Assembly: GCA_964187785.1 (NCBI GenBank)
Contig: OZ076413.1
Span: forward strand, 8,308,001-8,372,000
DNA: 64,000 nt
Direction of reading: 5' to 3'
Source of the DNA: Amphiscolops sp. MND2022
Lineage: Eukaryota
Part shown: one piece after another, positions 34,852-46,159 of the stretch
Position numbering within the stretch: position 1 is the first letter of the stretch
Layout: each line of letters starts with the position of its first letter
Made by a program: the position numbers and the translations under genes
Notes under the pieces: generated by a model
The model's database searches: none
What the model saw: only the letters and a program-made list of their open reading frames with translations
Told to the model about the DNA's origin: nothing

Positions 34852-35997
34852 GGGTTTTTAAGAATGGAGGTGGTGGGTTTGTTATTGTTGGGGTCATCTT
34901 GACTCATGGTAGTTTCCCCTGTTTTGGAATTGTCCAATTTGAGGTTTTTGGGCTTGAGGTGAGCTCCAGCGCCTTTCCAACATCGTGGTAAGGCCGGGTG
35001 GTTAGTTTTGTCGCAAGTTGGGCATTTTGGATATTCTTTTTTGGTATCCTGTCCGTCATTGCGGCGTTGTTCCTCCTTTCTTTTGAGTTTTCGCCAATCA
35101 TCTCTGACATGCCCATGATTTTGCAACAGTTGCAAGTAATATTTGGGTCAATGCCGGATGAGAGGAGGCCAGTACCCGGTCGTGTCGCTGTCGTCGGGGC
35201 TGTGGACATTGTGGGGTAGTGAATGTCATCGCCTTCCTCAAGTCCATTCAACTCCAATTCACGTTCAAGGTGTGTGACAATCTCTTCTTAGGTCGCATTT
35301 TCAAGTCGCGCCATATTGACTGAACGTGTGAGTTTGGGCGGCAATTTGGCATATAGAAGACTGTCAATCATAGCCTGAGCATGTTCCCCAAAGGCCTTTT
35401 CAGCACCTTGGTTAAGTTCTTCAAGAAAATCAGGCAATTTCATGGTATTCGGGTCCAATATCAGTTTAGGCCATTTATGTTTCGCTGTTGCCATACAGGG
35501 ACTCAGTTTTGACATATTTCCTACGGAAAACCGCTAGTATATCTTCCAACGTTTGTCTATTGGCTGAATTGATGTTGCGGAATGTCTGTAGTGCGTTTTT
35601 GCGTAGGAACGAGTGTAAGTGGTTGGTTTGTTGATTTTCATTGTTTCCGTCATGTCCGGTTGCATCTTTATCATTGTGTGAGAAAGATCTTCAAACAGTT
35701 CAAACTTTTTGGAATTACCGTCAAATGTTAATGTAGTCGTACTGACTGGTCGTACCATCAGTGTTTGGGCTGACGGTCTGCTGTTCATTCCCATAATAAC
35801 ATCTGCGAGTCTGTTAATGGGATCTATTGGTGTTTCCGAAGGCACATCCCGGTTATTTGTAGGGACTGGTGGTAATTGTGCCGGGATGCTGGTGTCAAGC
35901 GTGTCATCATTGACACTTTTTTGGGAGGGAGTTTTATTTCGGGATTGCATGGGCCGTCCGGTCGGGAACTCAGGGACCATTTGGGGGGTAAGGTTGG

Positions 35998-36009
35998 CTC
36001 CTGTCACCA
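35998..36009 (-). promoter_or_regulatory. Primer-binding site of element C
   Basis: TGGTGACAGGAG, identical to B, immediately after the LTR CA. Confidence 0.9.
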
Positions 36010-37546
36010 TGTCGTAACCAAATTCATCACCACTTTGTTGAGAATCCAATGAATTCTCTCTACAGTGATTTGTTTGGTTACTTTTAATCGATAATAATCT
36101 TGGAAACTCATTCTGAATATCCTGGGCTGATTTATTGACATTTTGTGGATGCAGTCTATTTGACCGAAGGTCCTTCTGAGAATTTTCTGGGGCTGCATTG
36201 TCTTGATGCAGTCCATCTGACCGAAGGTCCACACTTGTATTTTTCGCTGAATTCTGTCTCCTGACGGCATTTTTGATGCTGGGCAACACTCTAGTGTCAA
36301 TTGCAGAGTTTATAACATCCAATATCTGAGAATTTAGGTTTGGTTGTAATTCTTCGAACTTCCTTGACATCTGTGACGAAATTTCTGAGCTAATAGCCTT
36401 ACTAGTTTCAACAGTCAGACAACTATTTTCACTCAGATTAGTATTCAAGTAGGACCTGTAGTTGTTTTCATTTTGATTTGAACTACTTTCTAGTCTATTT
36501 GACTCTGAGTCGATTTCATTTTCACTAGTTCTATCTTGTATTTCACTGTTATCCCTTTGATAACTTCCCAACATAACATCGAGGTTTTCAATATCTGACA
36601 TGACGTCAGATTGACGTGTGCGTTTCTCTTTAGCTTTTTGCTTTCTAGTTGAAGGCATATTCAAAAGAGGAAATTCAGTTCAATAATAAATTGGTGAAAG
36701 TTTCGAATGAACAAAGTTGTGTATTGAGCATATTTCGTTTATCAAAGAATGATGCCTCTTAGATCAAGTTCTGAGTATTTATAGCTGCAACAGCATGACA
36801 AGTATAAATTCGCACGTCATGTTACTAAATTTGGATTGGGGTCAGTCTAAATTTAGCTCTAATCTAGTCACTACGTCATCTGATTCTAAATATAGACTGG
36901 GGGTGGTGACATTGCGTCACTTTAGGGGGGAGGTTATAAATAGTATCAAACTAACAACATATCAATTTACATGAAACTAATTCTACTTCAAAAGCAACAG
37001 TTCATGAGGCGGCAACGTCAATATTTATCAATACATCAAATCTGACCTAACGTCAGCATGACTGCAGTGGATATTCTACACTGCGTTCTGATTGGTTGAA
37101 ATAAAGGTTGGACTACACGTCAATTTGACTGCAGTAGTTTATCCGCTAAGTGCGTTTTTACGCTTTCATGCATGTAACGCTGTAATTTAAGGCACTTCCA
37201 AATTAGTTCTATAGCACAACTATGAAACAATTATATCAAATACTTTCAGTGCAACGTATGAATAATAAGGGGATTGAGTATGTTGTATAAAATGGTATCG
37301 AACCAGCACTTGTCACAGTTCAAATGTGGAGTTGCTGTCCCGGTGACCTATGATCAACTTGTAGGAAATACATGATGTATAAAATTGTACAGGTTTCATA
37401 GTTATCAGTTCACATCAGTTTTTTATTGTCAACCTTTTTAGGTAGGCAGAAAAGTTTATTAGGCGAAACCCCCGGTCCTGGGTTAGTTCGGTCACTTTCG
37501 GGCTTTATTTGGTAGAGAATGCCGTCACAGGCGGCAGCCTGCGACA
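36010..37546 (-). repeat. 5' LTR of element C (1537 bp)
   Basis: TG...CA, followed on the plus strand by TSD ATTGG. Confidence 0.95.
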
Positions 37547-37712
37547 ATTGGTGCAGTTCTTCCTTTTTATCCAACAATTGGTCTTTTAATTTCGTTTTTT
37601 TTCAGACCTTTCCTGCAAGCCAGAAACCTGACCTTGACACATTGGGATTTTTCCTACAACAGAGTGCTCTTTCCATTCGCGCTTCACGAACTGATCAAAT
37701 ATGGGTATGGTA

Positions 37713-38302
37713 ACCAGTTTGTAGAAAACCATTTTGTGAAATCCAGTTTTTCAGTTTTTAGAAAAGTGAGGTCACGTTTGTAGTTTTTTTCTACAAATTG
37801 GATCATGGTACTTTTTACGAGCAATTTGTAGAAAAACCGACCAGTTTGTAGCACAACAGTTGGTAGAGTCGAGTTTGTAAATCAGCAATTCAAGAAAAAC
37901 AATAAGACCTATAATGTAGGAACGATGCAAAGTGTAAACCGCGCCTTGGATATGTCACCCTTTTCCTTAGTGACCCGCCGCCCTTTGGGGCCGCTTATGT
38001 TCCCTTCTTGCTAAGCGAGGTCGAACAGGAGCAAAGATCTAGCGGGAACGGAGATCTCGAAGCGACCGTAGTTGGAGCTGGTTTTTGCGTGGGTGAGGGC
38101 GAGCGTGCACATCGGATATGCCCCATACTTCAGTTTTTAGATCTTATTGCTTTAGATCTTAAGTCATGGAGCTGTCAGGATCTTGTGTGAATGAAGTCAA
38201 GTTGGTAGAATTTAAAAATCCAGTGTAGAAAAAACTTCTACAAACTGGACCACTTAGGACTAATTTGTAGAATTCTACAACCTGGTTTTCTACAAACTGG
38301 AC
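37713..38302. repeat. MITE-like segment with repeated and inverted CCAGTTTGTAGAA motifs
   Basis: CCAGTTTGTAGAAAA near 37713 is the exact reverse complement of TTTTCTACAAACTGG near 38287, with several partial internal copies. Confidence 0.5.
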
Positions 38303-39830
38303 CTAATTCCCAAAATAGTTTTACAAAGTACACATTTTTTTTATGTGGTGCCAACTTGGACCATTTGGCCTGGAGAACAGTTTCAAAAAAGTTTTTACGT
38401 TTTCCGCGTAACATATGAAACTATCATTAAATAGTTTCATATATTACGACAACCACTTCTGACGACAACGTGGACTATATTTCACACAGCGAGAAGGGAA
38501 GGCGAACTCGAATGGAAAGCGACAGCGCGAAATCAAAACTGGAGACTGCTGGCAAGCAGCTCCTGGCTGCTGGCACCGACGCGCTGGATTCTCGTCTCAG
38601 GAAGTTGGCAAAGGACTACCTGCTCTGTCTAACACGTGAACTCGTCTCACAACTACGCGACACAAAACATCAAATACTGGATTAAAACAAGATAAGTGAA
38701 TCGTTAATGCAAATTACTACCGATATTATAGAACTGAAACAAAACTCTGTTCAAACTAAAAAAAGTGCAACAACAACTAATCAAAGCACCTGTTCATGAT
38801 AACCCAAATGTTTACCTCTCACAGAATAAAATAAACGGCATTCAGGAACTGTAAGTAGAACAGAGTGATGATCACAAGTGACTGAGAAATCCCCAACACG
38901 AAGAGAACAGTTCACTTGATATTTGATCACTTGGGAGAGAAAATTCATATGAACTTTTGCCATTGGTTGGGAATGATCAAGAAAGACAATCCGAGACCAA
39001 GAGCAATGATTGTGACTCTATCAAATCCATGGGATGTTCGCAAGTTAATAGCAAAGTCGCAAATGCTTAAAACCCACAACGACAAGATTTTTCCATCAAG
39101 ATGACTCAGTCCAGCCGACCGTGAAATTGAAAATATACTGATGCATAAACGATGGAAATTAATAAACAAAGAGAATGTAGACAGGCTGAGAATCAAAATT
39201 CGCGATTTGAAATTCCTAGTATAGATGACATGGAACACAAGACCAATTCTGAAGATGGCGAAGTGTCTGATCATTGACTAAGACTAACCGTCTTACTACT
39301 AAATACGCGCAGCCTCATAAATATGACCAAGAGTAAACACTGCTGAAACTGTGACCCGATTGGATTACGACATTCTTATCACGGAAACATGGCTAACACC
39401 ACTGAGGACTAACTCTGATTTTCGATCCCGTTCCTTCGACCTATTTCCGCCCACCCGTGGCTAGTATGGTGTTCCCTACGTTCGTTGCAGACGGAGTGTA
39501 TGCCTTTGATCTAATTGCTTGGGTCCAATGGAATTAGATCTAACTGTTAGATCTAACTTTCAGATCTAATTTTATCTAAAATACTTAGGTCTTTATGATC
39601 TAATATGTGTTCTGAAAGCGAAAATGTAATGTGGGGCATATGCGATGTATGCACGCTCGCCCTCACCGTCGCAAAGACCAGCTCCTACTACGATCGCTTC
39701 GCGATCTCCGTTCCCGCTAGGTTTTTGCTCCTGTTCGACCTCGCTTAGCAAGATGGTAATATAAGCGGCCTCAAGGGGCCGCGGGGCACTAGAGGAAATG
39801 GGGACATATCCGAGGCACGTTTTATACTTT
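37929..39830. repeat. ~200-bp imperfect inverted repeat pair (37929-38128 and 39629-39830)
   Basis: For example, TTGCTAAGCGAGGTCGAACAGGAGCAAA in arm 1 versus TTTGCTCCTGTTCGACCTCGCTTAGCAA in arm 2. Confidence 0.85.
38470..39415 (+). pseudogene. LINE (CR1/L2-like) 5' fragment: ORF1 remnant and start of the APE endonuclease
   Basis: ORF1-like KDNPRPRAMIVTLSNPWDVRKLIAKSQMLK..LSPADREIE, then LTVLLLNTRSL and LDYDILITETWLTP (APE N-terminal motifs). Ends abruptly; no RT. Confidence 0.75.
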
Positions 39831-40099
39831 ATATCACTTTTTAGTTTTAGATCCTAATTGACCTTTTTTTCTCAAATTAGATCAAATTAGAAGAGATTTT
39901 TAGACCTGATTTAGATCAATTTATTAAGATCTCAGTTTTGCCCCCTCTCTTAGATCTTTTTCTTAAGACCTGATTCAACGTAGCCGTTGCAGACCACGGG
40001 TGTGTGTCTTCCCCCAACATGATGATGCACATGGCACTTGATTGATTACGAAGATCCATAATATCTGATAGAAAAAAATGGGGAGCAATCCCTGCAGCA

Positions 40100-40500
40100 C
40101 ATGCTGCGAAGCCTTAAAAATAATAATAATAATAAATACAGTTTCGGTCGGAACTAAAGGGCCCTATTAATTTTTTTTGCATTGAGAAACTTCCAAAAAA
40201 ATCCCTTACCGGTCCCCTGCAGTTTTTTGCGACAGAGTGCAGGTTGAAAACCCAAAGGGCCCCTTTCAGTTGTTTTGAATAGTGATTTCTTTGAATTCCA
40301 AGGGTTCCGTATTCAATTTTTTTGATGTTTTGCAACAATGTTAAAAGTCATTTTCGCGCTAGGTGCCCGGCGCGCCCATTGAGCCCAATTTTTGGGTCTT
40401 TTGGGTACTGTAAAAATACACCACACTTTGAAGTACTGCTATTTTTGAGCTTTAGATATGCGGCGACTTATGCCGTCCCCGGCTTGTTCCTTTTTTTTCA
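40100..40500. repeat. Dispersed repeat related to 60050-60105 (SINE-like family body)
   Basis: TTTTGAGCTTTAGATATGCGGCGACTTATGCCGTCCCCGGCTTGTT near 40443 matches TTTTTGAGCCTTAGATATGGCGCCGACTTGGGCCGTTCCCGGCTTGTT near 60055. Confidence 0.55.
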
Positions 40501-41447
40501 GTATTTTATTCTCAGGGAGTGGAACATTTGCAGAAATTATCTCAAGATTGTAAACCAGGGTACTAAGCTTCTGGATCTTGGAGAGTTTTCGTTGTTTTTG
40601 CGACAGTTTTCGTTGTTGTTGGAAGACAGTGGTCACAGATCCAAAAGCAGTTCATTTTGTTCATCACTCTGACATCTGTAGCAGGGCTTGGCAATTATTC
40701 ATTGCAATTGATTGATTTCAAAAAAGCTTGCCAATCAATAATTGTTAATTGGTTTCCTAATCAATCATTAATTGCAATGATTGCAATCATTGGCATAAAT
40801 CAATAAACTGAAAACTATGGTCTATCAAACAAAACAAAACTCTCTAAACATCTGAAAACAAACACAATTTATCATCACTAGTCCTGTAAAACTTCCGTAA
40901 CTGTCTCGATACCCCAAAATTTCCTATTGGCGTTTAGAAACAATTGCTGTTCGAGGTGTACAGGGGCCAGGCTTTGGCGGATGTCACTGAAAGCGAAGCC
41001 AGCAGAGCTAAAAAACCGTTCGAGAAGATTGCTACTAGGCTTCGAAAACCAAATTGCAGTAATCAGAATCGACAGTGTTCTTGGCGCGTTTCTGTAAAAT
41101 CTTCGAAGCAAAATCTTCAGTGTCACCGTCGTCACACACTTCAACCACTTCACTGTCATCTTTCATTTTCAGTTTTCCACAAGTGAGTTTTTCGACCATT
41201 GTCAAATCCGCTTCCATTCCGTCTATAATTTTCACAACTCCGTTCTCAAAATGGTTCGATTTCACAAATGATGCATCTTTCACCAAATATTTTTGATGCG
41301 GGTCAAGTCGCGGGAATTTTTTCATAGTCTCATCGAATAAGAGTCTGACCGATGAGAGATCCAGGTTGTCCCTTTGTAGGGCTAGAGTGACCGAATTAAA
41401 ACTCTTCAGATCTTGATAAATGGACTCTATGTTAGCATCTTCTTGAG

Positions 41448-42371
41448 GAGATAACATATGCTCAAGTATCATAGGTTCCAAAGCGAAGTTTGTTTGTATG
41501 ACAACTTTAAGTTCTCGGTATCGACTAATCATCGCAAATGAACTACCCCACCGCGTGGCACTATATGTCATCGGACGCAAAGTTGAGAGATTTCTCAATT
41601 TGGCAGCAAGTTCCAGGGTCCTGAGTTTTGTCATTATGTTGTGAAGTTTTACGATGATCGGCATGACATCTGCAATGTAATCATTCACAGCTAACTGGAA
41701 TCTATGTGAAGCACAAGCGATCATAGGTTTTTTCATCTTCTCGGCAATTGATTTATTGACCTCGCAGTTGTCGGCTATCAATGCAACATTATCAGGTGAC
41801 TTGCCATAGAGTTGAAAAGTCTCGTTTAGTAATTCTATGTGCTGGTTAGCTCCTAGTGTTGTCTCGTCCAGTAGAGGACTGAAGGCCAAAAGGGCTATTT
41901 CGTGAGAGACCTTGAGATAACATATGCTCAAGTATCATAGGTTCCAAAGCGAAATTTGTTTGTATGACAACTTTAAGTTCTCGGTATCGACTAATCATCG
42001 CAAATGAACTACCCCACCGCGTGGCACTATATGTCATCGGACGCAAAGTTGAGAGATTTCTCAATTTGGCAGCAAGTTTCAGGGTCCTGAGTTTTGTCAT
42101 TATGTTGTGAAGTTTTACGATGATCGGCATGACATCTGCAATGTAATCATTCACAGCTAACTGGAATCTATGTGAAGCACAAGCGATCATAGGTTTTTTC
42201 ATCTTCTCGGCAATTGATTTATTGACCTCGCAGTTGTCGGCTATCAATGCAACATTATCAGGTGACTTGCCATAGAGTTGAAAAGTCTCGTTTAGTAATT
42301 CTATGTGCTGGTTAGCTCCTAGTGTTGTCTCGTCCAGTAGAGGACTGAAGGCCAAAAGGGCTATTTCGTGA
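41448..42371. repeat. 466-bp tandem duplication inside the hAT transposase
   Basis: 41448-41905 is repeated at 41914-42371; CTTGA microhomology at the junction. Confidence 0.92.
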
Positions 42372-42420
42372 CCTTGATCTTTTGGGAAAGATGCCATAAT
42401 GCCGACATAATGGTGTCGGG

Positions 42421-42829
42421 TCACAAGTCCGAAAGAATAAAATTAAATTTTTACCGTCCAATAAGATTTCAGAAATCCAGCACAAGAAATACTTAGCACT
42501 GTATAGTTCTCAGCAATCTGATTGGTTGACGCGGGCGGACCGGAACGAAGTCCGTTCAAAGAATTTTAAAATGAGTTTTTCAATTTCCTCTAGTCAGCTA
42601 TGTTCACATACTCCTAGTGCCCTAAATGCAGGAGCGAAGCGAAGCGGAGCGACGTGCCATATGGCCATGCCTCAATGTTGCTACTTGGCGAAGGGAGCGA
42701 AGCGACCGAGCCATACAACAAATATGAAGCATTTTTTTGGACTTGTGCAACCCAAATTCATTTTCGGACTTTTGCAACCCAAATTCATTTTCGGACTTGT
42801 GCAACCCAAATTTATTTTCGGACTTGTGA
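42421..42829. mobile_element. ~0.4-kb MITE inserted in the hAT transposase
   Basis: TIR TCACAAGTCCGAAA at both ends; internal ~29-bp repeats CAACCCAAATTCATTTTCGGACTTGTG; flanking duplication GCCGACATAATG at 42401 and 42836. Confidence 0.75.
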
Positions 42830-43986
42830 ATAGCCGCCGACATAATGAGTACTGGCGCTACTCCAGCCGTCGTACAAAAGTGCAAATTTGGTAGGTAACG
42901 CTCTGGCGATAGCTTCTTCAGTCTTTCGAGTCACCAATCCTAAGTATTTCATAAGTGTTTTTCGAAATTGTTTGTAATGTTGTGTACTTCTGAGTGAGTG
43001 AACTCTCAACGAAACTGAAGGGGCGCAGCTCTAAGCAAATCCATTCTAGCCAACCGAAGATGTTATTTGCTTTCTTGTTAATAAATTTACCGCCAGAAAA
43101 TTCTAGGGTGGTCTGTTTATCGTGGACCGTTTTTTCAACATCATGCTGAACCCTTAGATGGGTATACAGGTTAGTCCAACCAGTCCCGTGCCTCTTCTTC
43201 AACTCTTTCCCACAGCTACATATCCATACATCACTATCCGTATCTTTCTTGGAAAAGTATTTCCGACAAACGTCTTCCAATTTTTTAGACATTTTCGATC
43301 TTAAAAGTAATATTAACGTATATTTAAATAATTGCAATAATTGCCATTCGTCAATCAATAATTGATATTGAAAAACGATACCAATCAATTAATTGCTACC
43401 AATAATTGCAATTAATTGAATACCCAATAATTGATTGCCAACCCCTGATCTGTAGCTATCAGCCCAACACACTTCCTATGAAACCAGCCTTCCAGGAATA
43501 ACGGAATACCGAAGTCCCATTTCTCAATTGTTCCTGAGCAATTGTAACATGCCTCTTTCTGTCCCATCACTTCATCTGATACACTTGCTTTTGTTGTCTT
43601 GTTCGAAGGCATCAATATGAAACTAATTGAAAGGTTTATCACAACAATTAGGCTGTTAACCTAGGTTAACATTAGACTGTTTGTCACAACAATTTGGATA
43701 GTGCCGTTAACATACTTGCAGTTCAACCCTTCGAATTTTAATGTTTCTTCTGCACGTTTTACCCTTAGAAATTTTAATATGAAAATGTTTAAGAACTATT
43801 CATTGGTTTTTGTTGAAAAAAAATTTTCTTGAGCTGAAATATTGAGAGCGGTTTTCCAATGATTGAACAACTCGAGTCTTCGGTCTAATTTGCCCAAACC
43901 ATACGTACGCGACATTTTTTCAGTTTGAAGGTCAGGTCTTGTCAAATTGTGATCAACCTGCTTACCTAGGATTTCTATGGAAAGTG

Positions 43987-44934
43987 ATGGCTGACTCTGA
44001 CGATGATGATTTCAATCTCGCCGCATTGTTCGCAGATGAGAATTGTGACCTACAATTTCATGAAGTACGTTCTCCTCTTGCTGAAAATGACAGTAGTTTC
44101 GCTGACATTTCTTCTCTTTCTTTCAACATGTGGGATACTGCACGCATAGACAACCTTGCTAAAATAGCTCGCAGATCTAAACGCTTGTTGAAGCTGAGAG
44201 TTAACCTGTTGCAGCGGTTATCTGTATTTCTAGATGGTCTCGGAGTTAACTGGTGTGTCTATGGAGGAACTGCACTGTCAGTTTATAGAGAAAACGGAAA
44301 ATTCATTGCGCATGATAGTGACGTTGATTTAGCTTTAGACGAGGATGATTTCGGGAAGGTTTGGACTGCATTACACATGGAGTATCAGAAGGAAGAGGAA
44401 GGCTTGCTGCCATCTCGACTTGTTTCCTGGACTTCTACTTGCCCCTTCACCCGCGAAGCATGGGCTCACGAGGACGTCAATGGTCATCTCACTGTGAAAA
44501 AATTTGCTTTTCAAAAAAGGTCGACAGCAAAGTACTTCAAGTTTTTCCTAACAGCTGAAGCATGGCGTGAGCTCGATTGTGCCAAGTTGTTTTTTGACCG
44601 CGATGATGTACATATAGATCTTTTCACTCTGGGATCTAATCCAACAGATACAAATCTGGTGGTTTGCAATTGGATAAGCTACCCGAACTATGATCCTTTG
44701 AGACATACGTGGCCCAGACACGTTTTTTGGCCCGCCCAAGATGACGTTTATTTTGAAGGCGTAAAAGTCAGAGCTCCAAATGACATCGAAGCCTATCTTC
44801 GCGGTGAGTATGGTTACCTGGGCCAGCCTGCAGTGTTTGATAGTGCTCTGCAGTTATATGTACCTCTACCTCCGGAGGTTTTTGATACGTTGCCTCATAA
44901 TGTGAAGAAACTTTTCTCATCTCAAACTTCTTGA
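43987..44934 (+). CDS. Intronless LicD/fukutin-family nucleotidyltransferase-fold protein (315 aa)
   Basis: WCVYGGTALSVYRENGKFIAHDSDVDLAL (LicD GTxLGAxR..IxHDxDxD type), HIDLF and APNDIEAYLRGEYG. No N-terminal TM segment. Confidence 0.8.
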   Translation: MADSDDDDFNLAALFADENCDLQFHEVRSPLAENDSSFADISSLSFNMWDTARIDNLAKIARRSKRLLKLRVNLLQRLSVFLDGLGVNWCVYGGTALSVYRENGKFIAHDSDVDLALDEDDFGKVWTALHMEYQKEEEGLLPSRLVSWTSTCPFTREAWAHEDVNGHLTVKKFAFQKRSTAKYFKFFLTAEAWRELDCAKLFFDRDDVHIDLFTLGSNPTDTNLVVCNWISYPNYDPLRHTWPRHVFWPAQDDVYFEGVKVRAPNDIEAYLRGEYGYLGQPAVFDSALQLYVPLPPEVFDTLPHNVKKLFSSQTS

Positions 44935-45658
44935 ATATTCTATTGCCGAACTTGCCTAGACTAACATATTGTTTTGGAAATTATCATTTATGTCTCACGA
45001 TTGGCCTAGTTAAGGCCTTCTTTACCTTTTTGGCTTTTTCAAGTGTAATTCACCAGATTAATGATGACTATATTTTTGTCATCTGGGAGGATAGTAAAAA
45101 AAGCATGGGTGGAAATCAACAAATAGGAAATGTTCTACACAAATAATTGAAATTGATTTATCTCGTGTCACAGTGTCTGTCTCGGTTTCCCGCAACATTC
45201 TTCAACTTCAACATTCAGTCGAGAGCCGCCGAAACCTTCCTGCATAATTTGTTAACCTTTGTGTCTCTTTGTTTTTATTTGTTGGTTTCTCTTATTGAGA
45301 ATTTTTTCTCATGAGCTCGACTATTCTTATCTTTTTTTCCGATAATAAAAAGACCGTGCGTGCTGAAACCCATTATTCATGTTGGGACAAATACGAAAGG
45401 AGCCCGTGTTACAAAGGAGGGCGAGTCCAAGAGATTTGAAGAGGGTGTCGTATACGCTGCAAGCTGCAGAACCTCTTTGCAGTTTTCATGAGCCGAAACT
45501 GTAATAATGGACCAAAAATAAATGAAACAAATCAAAATTGACTACCCTCACCCACCTGCAAAAAATTTCTTCGTGAAAGCTGCGATCGCCTTCAATTACA
45601 TCCTGAATCTCAATGATCCAACAAATAAAGTTAATATGGAATAAAAATGCAGCTATTA

Positions 45659-46010
45659 CATGAGTTCAAGTACAAGGTTCTAGATGGCAGTCGCAGTTTG
45701 ACGAAGCTGCTGACCTTGGAAGCCCTCTATATTGAACGTGAGAAACCTGGTCTGAACACGCGCGACGAATACCGGAGCCGCCCCCTCACCATACGTCTCT
45801 GATGGAGATTGTGTTTTATGATTGTTGTCAATTTCATTATTGACCTTCATAATTTCTATCTGTACTTTAGTCTGTTGCATATTTAATTCTTGAGACTCGC
45901 TTTTCGCTATTTTATTTTTCCGTATATAAAGTTTTTTTTGTGTGTTTTTAGATAACTGCTGATGATGGACATTATTGAGTCCGAAATATATTCGCGAAGT
46001 TATAATTAAA
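45659..46010 (+). mobile_element. Penelope-like retroelement 3' remnant (GIY-YIG C-terminus plus pLTR region)
   Basis: 45659-45802 translates HEFKYKVLDGSRSLTKLLTLEALYIEREKPGLNTRDEYRSRPLTIRL*, typical of PLE endonuclease ends, followed by a hammerhead-like core. Confidence 0.8.
45953..46004 (+). ncRNA. Candidate minimal type I hammerhead ribozyme
   Basis: CTGATGA (45959-45965), one extra T, stem II GGAC-attattga-GTCC, GAAA (45983-45986), palindromic ATATAT for helix III, and ATAACT/AGTTAT pairing for helix I. Confidence 0.6.
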
Positions 46011-46136
46011 GTTTTCCAACATTGACATTGTTTTACATATTTATTACATGAGTTATTGTAAAACTATAGACCCCTGTTTAGTTTATTGTAACTTTGTACT
46101 TTTATACTAATTTGGTGCTTTGTAATAGAATCAAGT

Positions 46137-46159
46137 TCTCTCTCTCTCTCTCTCTCTCT
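46137..46159. repeat. (TC)n microsatellite
   Basis: Visible dinucleotide run. Confidence 0.9.

Larger units (their letters stand above)
34842..36658 (-). pseudogene. gag: gag of element C, frameshifted
   Basis: ATG at 36658 (MPSTRKQKAKEKR), 216 codons inside the 5' LTR. Reads through the PBS as DMVTG. Degenerate CCHC knuckles near the C-terminus (CPTCDKTNH). Confidence 0.88.
20723..37546 (-). mobile_element. Element C: complete 16.8-kb Ty3/Gypsy LTR retrotransposon (decayed; family related to but distinct from B)
   Basis: ~1.54-kb TG...CA LTRs; TSD ATTGG at 20718-20722 and 37547-37551; PBS at 35998-36009; gag and pol fragmented by stops and frameshifts. Confidence 0.95.
40878..43292 (-). 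pseudogene. hAT transposase, disrupted by a MITE insertion, an internal duplication and frameshifts
   Basis: BED finger WICSCGK..NLYTHLRVQH; LLYDGWS (D1); IADNC (D2); CASH (CxxH); TRWGS; SSNLLERFFS (E). Confidence 0.92.
40682..43447 (-). mobile_element. hAT-superfamily DNA transposon
   Basis: TIRs CAGGGCTTGGCAA and (reverse complement) CAGGGGTTGGCAA; 8-bp TSD ATCTGTAG at 40674-40681 and 43448-43455; AATT-rich subterminal repeats. Confidence 0.95.
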
